From a virus (lineage: Duplodnaviria > Caudoviricetes): a DNA stretch of 59,758 bases. Under the pieces are notes generated by a model. The model saw only the letters and a program-made list of their open reading frames with translations, was not told where the DNA came from and ran no database searches. Positions 9,191-18,436 of this stretch are shown here, piece after piece. Numbering within the stretch: position 1 is the first letter of the stretch; the number at the start of each line of letters is the position of its first letter. The DNA lies in the IMG/VR virus record IMGVR_UViG_3300033550_000005, positions 1-59,758 of that record, one strand, 5' to 3'. The translations under genes and the position numbers were made by a program.

Positions 9191-11027
9191 TTTCGTCCCG
9201 ATTACCCCAGGCGTTGGGGCTGACATTGCGGTTGACACCGTCAATGCAGAGAAGGTGCAGCGTGTCAAGCTGATGCTTGGCGCTGATGGCGTTGATGATG
9301 GAGACGTCTCAGCCACGAACCCGATGCCGGTTGAGGGTGACGTTACGATCTCAGGCAGTGTCAGCGTGACGGGTAGTTCGGTCACGGTGTCTAATTTCCC
9401 AGCAACACAACCGATCAGTGCGGCAGCTCTCCCGCTCCCCACTGGTGCTGCGACGGAGACAACGCTTGCTGCGATCAACACACGCTATCAAGACGAGGCG
9501 ATGGACCTCGTTGGTGGTGATCTGTACCCGTACACGAAGGTTGCGTTCGGTGCTGACGGTGCCATTGAGAAGGTTGACGGCAGCAACCCGCTTCCCGTGG
9601 CTGATGCCAACGTAGAAGCGCAGCTTGTCAGCATTGACGATAAGTTGCCTGTGCTTGGTACAGGGCTTGCCGATGAGGACGACAGCTACGTCCCAGTGGC
9701 ATCAATACCAGCACATCAGCTGCGGATTGGCTTTGACAGGGTTATTGCGAACAATGTAGACATCCGTCAGATGACCCTGCTGCAAACGGGTTCAGGCCAA
9801 ACGGTGAATCAGTCTGGCGGGTCTTTGGTGCTCACAGCGGGCACAACGGCCAATACAGAGACAATCATTCGTTCTGTGGAGTCTGTATCTGGCTCCGTGG
9901 CGCTGAGGTGGTCAACCACCCTCACACAACGCATTGCCAACAACAACTTTTACGTCGAGTTGGTTGATGTGATCGGTGACGGGTTGTCCTACACGTTGAA
10001 CAGCACAACGTCGATGACGGTGACGATTCCGAGCAATCCGTTCACCTCTCAGAACGTTGGGCAAGGTATGTGGGTGTCACCCACTACAGCAATCACAGCC
10101 GGAGCCCAGCGCGTTGTCATCGCATCGGTGTCTGGTAACAACGTCACGTTCACAGGCAGTGGTTGGCCGGCAGCGGGTTCCGGTACTTGCTTCGTCTACG
10201 GGTGGAACTACCACCAGAATCTGTACACGAGCACGGTCGCAACAACGATGAACTTCGATGCACAGCGTAATGGTTGGGCGTCAGGCACTACAGCGGCAAC
10301 GATCAACACGACAGCATCCGGCCACGTTCCGACATATACTGCCTCAGACGCCGAGGTCGCTGTGATGGACCAGACTGGTGCAAGCTCAACAGGCCTAGAA
10401 GTTGCCCAACGCGGCTCTCGCGTCCGCAATGTACCTGATTCGAATACACCGCTATACATTCAGATACGTGTACTGAACGGCACGACGAACCCAGCCTCTG
10501 GTACAACTTGGACGGTTGGTTTTGTGGATGTTCAATACGCGGCCACACAGCCAGTGTCTATTACGAACGTCTCTCCGATGTCGTCAAACACCGGGTTGCC
10601 AGTCACAGTCCTGAACCCGACGACTACGACCACGCTCAATGCGAGTAGCAATCTGATCGGCGACGTTTCTGTTCAGTACAGAAACAACTCCTCCGGTGCT
10701 GGATCACGAAGCCACATCGTTGCCGCCAACACGACAAATGCAACAGTTGTCAAGGCCTCGGCAGGCCGAGTTGTTGGTTGGCAGCTGCTGAACACAACCG
10801 CTGCTGCGGTGTACTTGAAGTTTCACAACCAGACAACAACACCGACAGCAGGTGCTTCAGTGTTTATGTCTGTAGGTATTCCTGCCAACGGTAAGAGCGA
10901 AATATCTTATGAGGGTGGCTTTGCGTTTTCAACAGGCATTGGTTTCACAACGGTGACAGGCGCAGCGGATACAGATACCACAGCAGTGGCAGCCAATGCA
11001 ATTGTCGGAGACATCCTCTTCGCTTAA
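9183..11027 (+). CDS. Thr/Ser/Gly-rich virion structural protein (head fibre/decoration-like)
   Basis: Beta-strand-rich composition; repeated GADG..V..xNPxPV units. Confidence 0.55.
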   Translation: MADFVPITPGVGADIAVDTVNAEKVQRVKLMLGADGVDDGDVSATNPMPVEGDVTISGSVSVTGSSVTVSNFPATQPISAAALPLPTGAATETTLAAINTRYQDEAMDLVGGDLYPYTKVAFGADGAIEKVDGSNPLPVADANVEAQLVSIDDKLPVLGTGLADEDDSYVPVASIPAHQLRIGFDRVIANNVDIRQMTLLQTGSGQTVNQSGGSLVLTAGTTANTETIIRSVESVSGSVALRWSTTLTQRIANNNFYVELVDVIGDGLSYTLNSTTSMTVTIPSNPFTSQNVGQGMWVSPTTAITAGAQRVVIASVSGNNVTFTGSGWPAAGSGTCFVYGWNYHQNLYTSTVATTMNFDAQRNGWASGTTAATINTTASGHVPTYTASDAEVAVMDQTGASSTGLEVAQRGSRVRNVPDSNTPLYIQIRVLNGTTNPASGTTWTVGFVDVQYAATQPVSITNVSPMSSNTGLPVTVLNPTTTTTLNASSNLIGDVSVQYRNNSSGAGSRSHIVAANTTNATVVKASAGRVVGWQLLNTTAAAVYLKFHNQTTTPTAGASVFMSVGIPANGKSEISYEGGFAFSTGIGFTTVTGAADTDTTAVAANAIVGDILFA

Positions 11028-11038
11028 AGGAAATAAAC

Positions 11039-11311
11039 ATGACCACAAAAAACGTAACAGTCGGGTATTGCCTCAGAGATCCGCAAACACAAGAGATCAA
11101 CACTGATTTCGAGACCACGGGGACAACAGAAGACGAAGGCATCACCTGCACGCTTCCTATTGGTTATCTTCCGGCAATCACTGAAGCTTTGCCGTCTGAT
11201 GTGCGCGTCCGCGTCCACCAGCCGGTTGTCGAGCTCTCGGTGGCTGAGGTTGTGTCTGTGACGCCCGATGAGATCGCTGGCACACAGACGATGGTGTTTG
11301 AGCTGATCTGA
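11039..11311 (+). CDS. Hypothetical protein
   Basis: AAGGA RBS, fills the operon. Confidence 0.6.
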   Translation: MTTKNVTVGYCLRDPQTQEINTDFETTGTTEDEGITCTLPIGYLPAITEALPSDVRVRVHQPVVELSVAEVVSVTPDEIAGTQTMVFELI

Positions 11312-11312
11312 C

Positions 11313-11801
11313 ATGTCGCTGCTGCTTCTTTTCCGTGGCGGAGGTGCTCCTCCAGTAAGTTCAGCCCAGTCAGGGATGAGACGTCTCTGGCTGCGCGAGT
11401 GGTTGATGCAGCTCTACGAGGCTGAGGCCAAGGACGCTGAGAAGACGAACATACAGCCGACGGTAGAAGCACCTGAGGTCGTCAAAGAGGCCGCCAAGAA
11501 GGCGGTAGCTAAGAAGCCACGCAAGAAGGCGGTTGCTAAGCCTAAAAAGCCTGTCCAAAGGGTCTTGGAGATCAGCGATCTGACACCTCTTGAGGTGTTT
11601 GATATTTTTGCTGAGCTGCACGCAATTCAACCACTCCCTGATGTAGGATACGAATTCAGAGCAAGTGGACACGCGCTGAAGGCAGGCTCGGTTGCACAGC
11701 TCATGGAGGCAAGGCAGACCTACCTCCATGAGCTTGAGGTTGTTCGTGACAGACAGCGACGTCGCCGCGCTGCTGCCGCGCTTGTTCTACTGGCGGCTTA
11801 A
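11313..11801 (+). CDS. Hypothetical protein with K/A-rich linker
   Basis: Operon packing; MSLLLLF start and hydrophobic C-terminal tail. Confidence 0.6.
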   Translation: MSLLLLFRGGGAPPVSSAQSGMRRLWLREWLMQLYEAEAKDAEKTNIQPTVEAPEVVKEAAKKAVAKKPRKKAVAKPKKPVQRVLEISDLTPLEVFDIFAELHAIQPLPDVGYEFRASGHALKAGSVAQLMEARQTYLHELEVVRDRQRRRRAAAALVLLAA

Positions 11802-11810
11802 GGAATTATC

Positions 11811-11975
11811 ATGGGAAAGTTGGCTAAGCAGCTTGGCGGTCAGAGCCAGGTCAAGGTATTCAAGGATGGCGGTGCCGTGCACAAAGACGAGAAGATGGAT
11901 AAGACCCTCGTCAAGAAGATGGTCAAAAAGGAAGCGCTCACTGGTAAGAAGGGCGGTGGAAAGGTGAAGTGCTGA
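11811..11975 (+). CDS. Small Lys-rich protein with FKDGGAV motif
   Basis: 54-aa ORF read by hand; TAAGGA RBS. Confidence 0.7.
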   Translation: MGKLAKQLGGQSQVKVFKDGGAVHKDEKMDKTLVKKMVKKEALTGKKGGGKVKC

Positions 11976-11976
11976 G

Positions 11977-12159
11977 ATGGCCGATGTATACGCGACCTTT
12001 GTAGCAAAGGTTAGAGAGAAAATGGCAGAAGTTGCGACAGCCAGCTGTGAGCGCCCGAAGTCGGAACCATTCGACCACGGCCAACAGGTCGGAAAATACC
12101 AAGGGCTTCAAGAGGCCGTTGAGATTTTCCAAGACATTATTCGCGACGTTGACAATTGA
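11977..12159 (+). CDS. Hypothetical protein
   Basis: Operon packing; VGKYQGL..A helix typical of the small gene preceding phage GroES-like genes. Confidence 0.65.
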   Translation: MADVYATFVAKVREKMAEVATASCERPKSEPFDHGQQVGKYQGLQEAVEIFQDIIRDVDN

Positions 12160-12169
12160 GAGGAAAATC

Positions 12170-12577
12170 GTGATCAGTAAAGAAGGTTACGTCAAACAGC
12201 ACTTCCCAGATGTAGATCCTGGTGTACGACCGTGTGGTAACCAGATCATCGTACAGCTGCGTACCATCAGAAACGCCACAGCAAGTGGTATTCTGTTGGC
12301 GGCAGACACGCAGGACTTTAACAAGCACAACACACAGGTGTCGCGTCTTGTAAAGGTCGGTCAGATCGCCTTCAAGGACCGCTCAAGTGGCGAGACTTGG
12401 AAGGAAGGTGCTTGGGCCGAAGTGGGTGACGTTGTGATTGCACCGAAGTACGGCGGTTTCCGCTTTGAGGTGCCAATCCCAGGACAGGATGAAACTGCCA
12501 TCTTCGCGGTCTTTAATGACTACGATGTCAAGATGGTTGTTGAGGCCAATTTCGAGACGTTTGATCGTCTACTGTAA
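12170..12577 (+). CDS. GroES/Cpn10-like co-chaperonin
   Basis: RPCGNQIIV, TASGILL mobile loop, VGDVVIAPKYGG; GTG start at 12170 with GAGG RBS. Confidence 0.8.
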   Translation: MISKEGYVKQHFPDVDPGVRPCGNQIIVQLRTIRNATASGILLAADTQDFNKHNTQVSRLVKVGQIAFKDRSSGETWKEGAWAEVGDVVIAPKYGGFRFEVPIPGQDETAIFAVFNDYDVKMVVEANFETFDRLL

Positions 12578-12595
12578 ATGCAAAGGAGCATTTAG

Positions 12596-13630
12596 ATGAG
12601 TACCGAAGACAAGAAGGATGATGACCTCTTAAAGGTCATCGAAAATGGTGATGGCAGCGTCACAGTCGGTGGTGATGAGGTCGTAACGACCTCTACTGAA
12701 GCCGCAGCTGACGACACCACGGCTGGCGAGCGCCAAGCAGCTGGTTCTGAAGACAACGAAGACTATGGTGAGCACGGTGATGACAATGCCGATGCCGGTC
12801 CTGCTGATGAGACCCCAGAGGCTCGGGCAGCTCGCCGTCGCGAAGAACGCAAGCAGTCGAAAGAGCGCCGCAAGAGCTACATAGATGGTCTCAAGAACGA
12901 GCTTGCGATGACCAAGCGTGCTATGCAGGAAATGCAACAGCGTGTAGAAGTCATCGATCGTCGCTCGACTGGTGCAGAGATCGCCCACCTCGAGAACTCC
13001 GAGCGCGAGGCGAAGATGTTGTATGAGCGCTTCAAGGACGAGCACTCGCGCGCCGTTGAGAGTGCGGATGGCGAGGCTGCTACTGAGGCGCAGGAGCGTA
13101 TGCTGGCCTGCCGTCAACGTCTGGCACAGATCAACAACATCAAGCAGAATTACCAGCGTTCACAGTCAACACCTCCGCCGCTCGATCCGCGTCTGAAGGG
13201 GCACGCCGAACGTTGGATGTCTGAGAACACCTGGTTCGATCCTGCAACTAATGACAATGATACGCGCATCACCCGTACACTGGACGACGGACTGGCCCAA
13301 GAGGGCTATGACCCGACCACCCAGGAGTATTGGGAAGAGCTCGATCGAAGGATCTCAAAATACTTGCCACACCGTACAAAATCGCGGTATAGTGGCACCA
13401 GAAATGGTTCCGGTAGTGAGGACACCCACCAGACAGGTGGACGTTCAACGGTGGCTGGTTCTGGTCGTGAGACGAGCAGCAACGGTGGCGGTGCAAATAC
13501 GGGTTATCGCCTCTCAGCAGAGCGTGTGAAAGCGCTCAAGGAAGCTGGGATGTGGGATGACCCGAAGCAACGTGCGTCGATGATTCGTCGTTATCAAGAA
13601 CAGGATCGCCAGCAAGCTGCTGGTAACTAA
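12596..13630 (+). CDS. Putative scaffolding protein
   Basis: Acidic disordered N-terminus, long coiled coil, position upstream of the capsid genes. Confidence 0.6.
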   Translation: MSTEDKKDDDLLKVIENGDGSVTVGGDEVVTTSTEAAADDTTAGERQAAGSEDNEDYGEHGDDNADAGPADETPEARAARRREERKQSKERRKSYIDGLKNELAMTKRAMQEMQQRVEVIDRRSTGAEIAHLENSEREAKMLYERFKDEHSRAVESADGEAATEAQERMLACRQRLAQINNIKQNYQRSQSTPPPLDPRLKGHAERWMSENTWFDPATNDNDTRITRTLDDGLAQEGYDPTTQEYWEELDRRISKYLPHRTKSRYSGTRNGSGSEDTHQTGGRSTVAGSGRETSSNGGGANTGYRLSAERVKALKEAGMWDDPKQRASMIRRYQEQDRQQAAGN

Positions 13631-13645
13631 TTCAGGAGAGTCAAA

Positions 13646-14221
13646 ATGTCAGGTAAGAATACTGGTGAAGATAAGTTCGGCGGCGACCGCGTTACCAAAG
13701 GCGGAAGCGCTGCTCACTCTCCAAGAGATTCGGCCGATGTTGGCCGTAAAAATGAGGATGGAGGTTATTTGGCTGCAGAGGAACGGCGTAGGCTGCTCCG
13801 CAATGAAGCCGTAGCTGAAATTCTCCCCACCCCGCCAAAGATTGATGGGTACCACTTCTGCTGGCTGTCGACAACCAACTCAAACGACCCGATTCATCGT
13901 CGCATGTCGGTTGGTTATCTGCCGGTGAAGGCCTCAGAACTCAATGGCTTTGACCAATACAAGATCGCTGACGGTTCTCAGTTCGAAGGTTGCATCGCCT
14001 GTAATGAGATGCTGTTGTTCAAGATCGAGGAAGTTCGCTACCAGGATTTGATGATGATCTATCATCATGACATTCCCCTCGAACAAGAACAAAGCATCCG
14101 AGATAAGGTTGTCAACGCAGCTAAGAATGAGAGAGATTCGGATGACAGGCAGATTGGCATCGTAGAGGGTGAATTTGAAAACCTGGGCCGACAGGTCCGG
14201 ACCCCCCACTTTGCATCGTAA
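13646..14221 (+). CDS. Hypothetical head-region protein
   Basis: AGGAG RBS; LPTPPKIDGYHFCW motif; position. Confidence 0.6.
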   Translation: MSGKNTGEDKFGGDRVTKGGSAAHSPRDSADVGRKNEDGGYLAAEERRRLLRNEAVAEILPTPPKIDGYHFCWLSTTNSNDPIHRRMSVGYLPVKASELNGFDQYKIADGSQFEGCIACNEMLLFKIEEVRYQDLMMIYHHDIPLEQEQSIRDKVVNAAKNERDSDDRQIGIVEGEFENLGRQVRTPHFAS

Positions 14222-14230
14222 GGAGTCTTT

Positions 14231-14800
14231 ATGGCTACAACTGCACAAGCTTACGGGCTGATCCCGATCTACCATCCGAGTGGTCAGAGCCGAGCAAACG
14301 CTTACACGATCGATGCTGCTTATAACACTGCAATCTACAAGGGCGATCCTGTTGCGCTTGTCACCGCTGGTACGATTACCATCGGCGACGGCACCTCAGA
14401 TGCTCTTGGCGTCTTTGCAGGCGTTGAGTATCTCGATTCAAATCAAAAACCCGTCTACCTGCCGTATTGGCCAGGTGCTGTTTCTGGCGCCACCAATATC
14501 GTTGCATGGGTCTACGACGACCAACAGAACGTCTACCGTGTGGGTGTGACCGCTAACGCGACCAACTTCACACAGGCCTCTGTCGGTGCTCAGGTTGACT
14601 TGACGATCGCCGCAGGTAATACCTTCAACGGCATCTCAGGTTCATCTGTTGCAGTCGCCCCAGCAGCCGGCGGTGCACAGGCATTCTTGCGCATCATCGG
14701 TTTCTTCGACGGTGCATATGACGCCACCAACAACCCCTTTCCGCAGCTGCGTGTGCAAATCGCACAACAACAGTTCACAGCGGACAAGGTGTCCATCTAA
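14231..14800 (+). CDS. Putative capsid decoration/minor head protein
   Basis: Directly upstream of MCP; IYKGDPV..GVFAGVEY beta-rich pattern. Confidence 0.6.
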   Translation: MATTAQAYGLIPIYHPSGQSRANAYTIDAAYNTAIYKGDPVALVTAGTITIGDGTSDALGVFAGVEYLDSNQKPVYLPYWPGAVSGATNIVAWVYDDQQNVYRVGVTANATNFTQASVGAQVDLTIAAGNTFNGISGSSVAVAPAAGGAQAFLRIIGFFDGAYDATNNPFPQLRVQIAQQQFTADKVSI

Positions 14801-14825
14801 CCACCCGCTATAAAGGAGAACTGCT

Positions 14826-15758
14826 ATGGCTGGTACACTCATGCGTAGTACCGACTTCCGTGCGGTGGTTGAGCCGATCTTGAACGAAACGTTCGATGGC
14901 GTCTACAACCAACGTGCGGATGAGTACAAGATGATCTTCCGCGAAGAGCAGGGCATCGCCCGTGCTTATCACGAAGAACCGATGCTGTACGGTCTTGGTG
15001 CGGCCCCCGAATTGCCTGACGGCATGCCGGTGACCTACGACCAAGGCGGTCAGCTGTTTGTGAAACGCTATCCCTACAAGGTCTTTGGTCTGGCTTTTGC
15101 CTTGACCAAGGTCCTGGTGGAAGACGGCGATCACATCCGCATCGGTTCGACGTATTCGCGCCACCTCGCACAATCAATGGTCGAGACCCTGGAAACCACA
15201 ACTGCCAACGTGCTGAATCGTGCCTTCAACGGCTCGTATGTCGGCGGCGATGGTGTGGCTCTGGTGGTCAACAACCACGTGTCTGCCAACGGTGCAGCAG
15301 CTGGCGCGGCTTCCCGCTCCAACCTGTTGACCACTTCGGCAGCTCTCAGCCAAACTTCTCTGGAACAGATGCTGATCCAGATTCGCTCGGCCGAGGATCC
15401 GCGAGGCAAGAAGATCCGTCTGACCCCGAAGAAGTTGGTTGTTGCCCCGGCAAACATGCTCACAGCTGAAGTTCTGGTGAAGAGCGTGCTACGCGCCGGT
15501 ACCAACAACAACGACCTGAACCCAGTCAAGTCGATGGGTCTTCTCTCAGATGTGGCTGTCATCAGCCGCCTGACGTCCAACACCGCATGGTTCGTGAAGA
15601 ACGACGTGCAGGATGGTCTGAAGGTGCTGTGGCGCCGCAAGATGGAGAAGGGCATGGAAGGCGACTTCGAAACCGACTCCGTCCGCTACAAGTCCACCAT
15701 GCGTTATGCTGATGGTTGGACCGACTGGCGCGACCTGTTCGGCACACCGGGTACCTAA
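14826..15758 (+). CDS. Major capsid protein (HK97 fold, Mu gpT-like)
   Basis: 310 aa; GGDGVAL, PKKLVVAP, AWFV, DFETDSVRYK..RYADGWTDWR.FG motifs; strong AAGGAG RBS; followed by a terminator. Confidence 0.88.
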   Translation: MAGTLMRSTDFRAVVEPILNETFDGVYNQRADEYKMIFREEQGIARAYHEEPMLYGLGAAPELPDGMPVTYDQGGQLFVKRYPYKVFGLAFALTKVLVEDGDHIRIGSTYSRHLAQSMVETLETTTANVLNRAFNGSYVGGDGVALVVNNHVSANGAAAGAASRSNLLTTSAALSQTSLEQMLIQIRSAEDPRGKKIRLTPKKLVVAPANMLTAEVLVKSVLRAGTNNNDLNPVKSMGLLSDVAVISRLTSNTAWFVKNDVQDGLKVLWRRKMEKGMEGDFETDSVRYKSTMRYADGWTDWRDLFGTPGT

Positions 15759-15771
15759 AGAGACCTCGTTC

Positions 15772-15801
15772 TGCCCCGGCTTCGGTCGGGGCACCTTTTT
15801 C
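15772..15801 (+). terminator. Rho-independent terminator after MCP
   Basis: TGCCCCGGC-TTCG-GTCGGGGCA stem with cUUCGg loop followed by a T run. Confidence 0.8.
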
Positions 15802-15817
15802 ATAGAGAGGAAAGAGC

Positions 15818-16261
15818 ATGGCTACTTACATGCAAGGTGCCTTGAAAACAGGCATCACCCCGAGCGAGTCGACAAACTTTGGGTATGCAGTCTTCAGCCA
15901 ATCGACGACAGCAACAACTACGTCGGATGGCCTGGCTGTATCCGCAACTCTGACACTACAGGCCGGCTCACAGATCATCTCGTACTTTGTAGATACGGTG
16001 CAAGATGAAGCAGTGGGCGGTGGTACCATGACAACGATCCCGATCACGGTTGGTATCGCTGCTGCTGGCACAGAGTATATGTCATCGACCAACATGGTTG
16101 CAGGCGGTCGTGCTGCTCCTACGTTGACAACAGCACAGTTGGCCGCCATGGCCGACATCGGTAGCAATACCAGTGTTGTGATGACAGTGGATCCCAACGG
16201 AACGATCCTGACGACACAAGGCATCTACCGCCTGACTGTCATCTACTCGCCCAAGTCGTAA
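15818..16261 (+). CDS. Structural protein (hypothetical)
   Basis: Thr-rich beta protein after MCP. Confidence 0.6.
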   Translation: MATYMQGALKTGITPSESTNFGYAVFSQSTTATTTSDGLAVSATLTLQAGSQIISYFVDTVQDEAVGGGTMTTIPITVGIAAAGTEYMSSTNMVAGGRAAPTLTTAQLAAMADIGSNTSVVMTVDPNGTILTTQGIYRLTVIYSPKS

Positions 16262-16268
16262 AACAAAT

Positions 16269-16290
16269 CCCAGGGCCTTACGGTCCTGGG
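16269..16290 (+). promoter_or_regulatory. Intergenic hairpin (processing/stability or weak terminator)
   Basis: CCCAGGGCC-TTAC-GGTCCTGGG, no long U tract. Confidence 0.45.
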
Positions 16291-16311
16291 TCTCCATTGG
16301 AGACAAGAATT

Positions 16312-16587
16312 ATGAGTATGATCGCTCCTAAATTAGGTTATGTCAGCCAAGGCGTCACGGCAGGTGCACAGATCAAAACTGGTCCTGCTGGATTGTACGC
16401 AGTTACCTCCACCATCACTGGTGGGTTGGTGACCATATATGACGGCACCTCCACAAGTGGCACGATCATCTACACCAAGTCTCTCACGCTTGGTGAGGTG
16501 GTTCATTTTGGTGGAAACGGTATTGCGGCGAAGAACGGCCTGTTTATCGTGGTCGCAGCTGGAACCGTAGTAGTGATGTACACGTGA
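16312..16587 (+). CDS. Small beta-sandwich structural protein
   Basis: GGAG upstream of ATG 16312; resembles the C-terminal domain of 9183..11027. Confidence 0.55.
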   Translation: MSMIAPKLGYVSQGVTAGAQIKTGPAGLYAVTSTITGGLVTIYDGTSTSGTIIYTKSLTLGEVVHFGGNGIAAKNGLFIVVAAGTVVVMYT

Positions 16588-16590
16588 GTC

Positions 16591-17577
16591 ATGGCAACTT
16601 CTGGTACAACCGCACGCACCACGATTGACGTTGCAAAGCTGTTAGAGCACGTCTTTCGACGGACTGGTCGACAACCGTCAGAGCAGACGCCTCAGACGGT
16701 ACAGCTGTGCAAGGACATCTTGTATCTTGTCCTGACAAGTCTGACAAACCGCGGGATAAACCTGTGGTGCGTCAGCACATTCTTTGTTGGTGTAGAAGAC
16801 GGCCGTCAGGTGTATGAGACACCGACTGGCACAATTGACGTCTTGAACGTTATCTACACACAACCGAGCACAAGTGAGCCTGTGACGTCTACACCAGGCG
16901 CAAACAACATTGTGAATGAGTATGATACTGAAATAGTTGGTATCAGGTTCGGTGTCAAGATGACATCAGTGACCGCCACCAATACCCTAACAATTGAGTC
17001 ATCGCCTGACGGTGTGACTTGGTCAGTTGCGCGTGTTGAGACACGTGACGATTGGATACCAGATGTCTGGTATTGGAGTGACTTCACAGTACAGCAAACT
17101 GGTATGTTTTTCCGTGCCACTTTTTCAACAACAGCTGTATTCAGTGAGCTCTACATCGCGACCGATGTCTACGATCTTCCAGTAACACAATGGAACCGAG
17201 ACACGTGGTATGCAATCAACGATAAGGCTCAGAAGGGACGCCCGTCTACAAGCTACTACTTTGAGAAGCTGTTGACACCACGCCTAACCCTCTGGCCTGT
17301 CCCAAATAACGACTACGACCACTTGACACTGGCTATTCACAGACAGCCACAAGACGTGGGAACACTGACAAATACGTTGGATGTTCCGCAGCGTTGGTTG
17401 GAGTCAATAATCTGGCAGACAGCTGCTCGTTTCTGTTACGAGATGCCTGATACACCAGAACCTGTTTTTGTACGCGTTCAAGCCATGGCTGATCGCTATC
17501 TACTTGAGGCCGAGGACGAAGAGTCCGACGGAGCCCCAATCTATCTTCAGCCTATGATCTCTGCTTACACCAAGTAA
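16591..17577 (+). CDS. Putative head-tail connector/neck protein
   Basis: MATSGTT start, NRGINLW, KGRPSTSYY..LWPVP motifs typical of adaptor-like proteins in such phages. Confidence 0.6.
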   Translation: MATSGTTARTTIDVAKLLEHVFRRTGRQPSEQTPQTVQLCKDILYLVLTSLTNRGINLWCVSTFFVGVEDGRQVYETPTGTIDVLNVIYTQPSTSEPVTSTPGANNIVNEYDTEIVGIRFGVKMTSVTATNTLTIESSPDGVTWSVARVETRDDWIPDVWYWSDFTVQQTGMFFRATFSTTAVFSELYIATDVYDLPVTQWNRDTWYAINDKAQKGRPSTSYYFEKLLTPRLTLWPVPNNDYDHLTLAIHRQPQDVGTLTNTLDVPQRWLESIIWQTAARFCYEMPDTPEPVFVRVQAMADRYLLEAEDEESDGAPIYLQPMISAYTK

Positions 17578-17587
17578 GGAGAAGAGC

Positions 17588-17812
17588 ATGCCACTGTACC
17601 TACCTGTAAACCTGGACGGAAACAAGGTTTCCATCGCCATTTGTCCGCGCTGCTGTATGAAGATACAGTACGATGACCTAAGGCAGGATCCCAACAACCT
17701 AAACTGGTACTGCGCAGAGTGCGTTGACCTTTACGATCCGTGGAGACTACCGGCCCGTAAGACAGAAGACATTTCACTACGTCACCCGCGCCCAGATACG
17801 GAGCTTGAATAA
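17588..17812 (+). CDS. Small Zn-finger virion-region protein
   Basis: AICPRC, CAEC, LRHPRPD. Confidence 0.65.
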   Translation: MPLYLPVNLDGNKVSIAICPRCCMKIQYDDLRQDPNNLNWYCAECVDLYDPWRLPARKTEDISLRHPRPDTELE

Positions 17813-18435
17813 TGCCAGTTGCAATGACCTACAGCAGTTTGTTGGACGACATCGAATCTTGGTGTGAACGCCACTCCGCTGACTTTGTCGAGAAGATTCC
17901 GACGTTCGTCATGTTGGCTGAGAATCGTATCGCGTCTGAGGCCGACGGGCTTGGCTACTTACAGGCGATTAACGGTGTCTTGAACGGTCCAACGCTCCCG
18001 AAACCTGAGCGTTGGCGGCAGACGAAGAGCTTTTCAATATTGGTGGGTGGAGAGATGTTGTTTCTACAGTCTCGCTCATACCAGTATTGTCGCGCTTTTT
18101 GGCCTGATAGTACCGTCACAGGTGTTCCACGATACTATGCTGATTACACCTATGAGCAGTTTTTGATAGTGGGTACTCCTGATGAGAACTACGAGATGGA
18201 GCTGCTCTACCATGAACGACCTGAGCCGCTGAGTGAGGCGAACGAAACTAATTGGACCACCCAATACGCACCACAGCTTTTGTTGTACGCATCACTGCTT
18301 GAGGCGATGCCATTCTTGAAGAACACTGGACGAGTTGCTGAGTTTCAAGGTCTGTATGATCGGGCACTTGCCGCACTGGCCAGTGAAGATGCAAAACGCA
18401 GAGCTCCTGATTCGGCTGGTTTGAGGAACTATTGA
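17812..18435 (+). CDS. Putative tail adaptor (tail tubular protein A-like)
   Basis: TYSSL..FVMLAENRI, GVPRYYA, TNWTT..APQLLLYASLLEA..FLKN. Confidence 0.6.
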   Translation: MPVAMTYSSLLDDIESWCERHSADFVEKIPTFVMLAENRIASEADGLGYLQAINGVLNGPTLPKPERWRQTKSFSILVGGEMLFLQSRSYQYCRAFWPDSTVTGVPRYYADYTYEQFLIVGTPDENYEMELLYHERPEPLSEANETNWTTQYAPQLLLYASLLEAMPFLKNTGRVAEFQGLYDRALAALASEDAKRRAPDSAGLRNY

Positions 18436-18436
18436 C

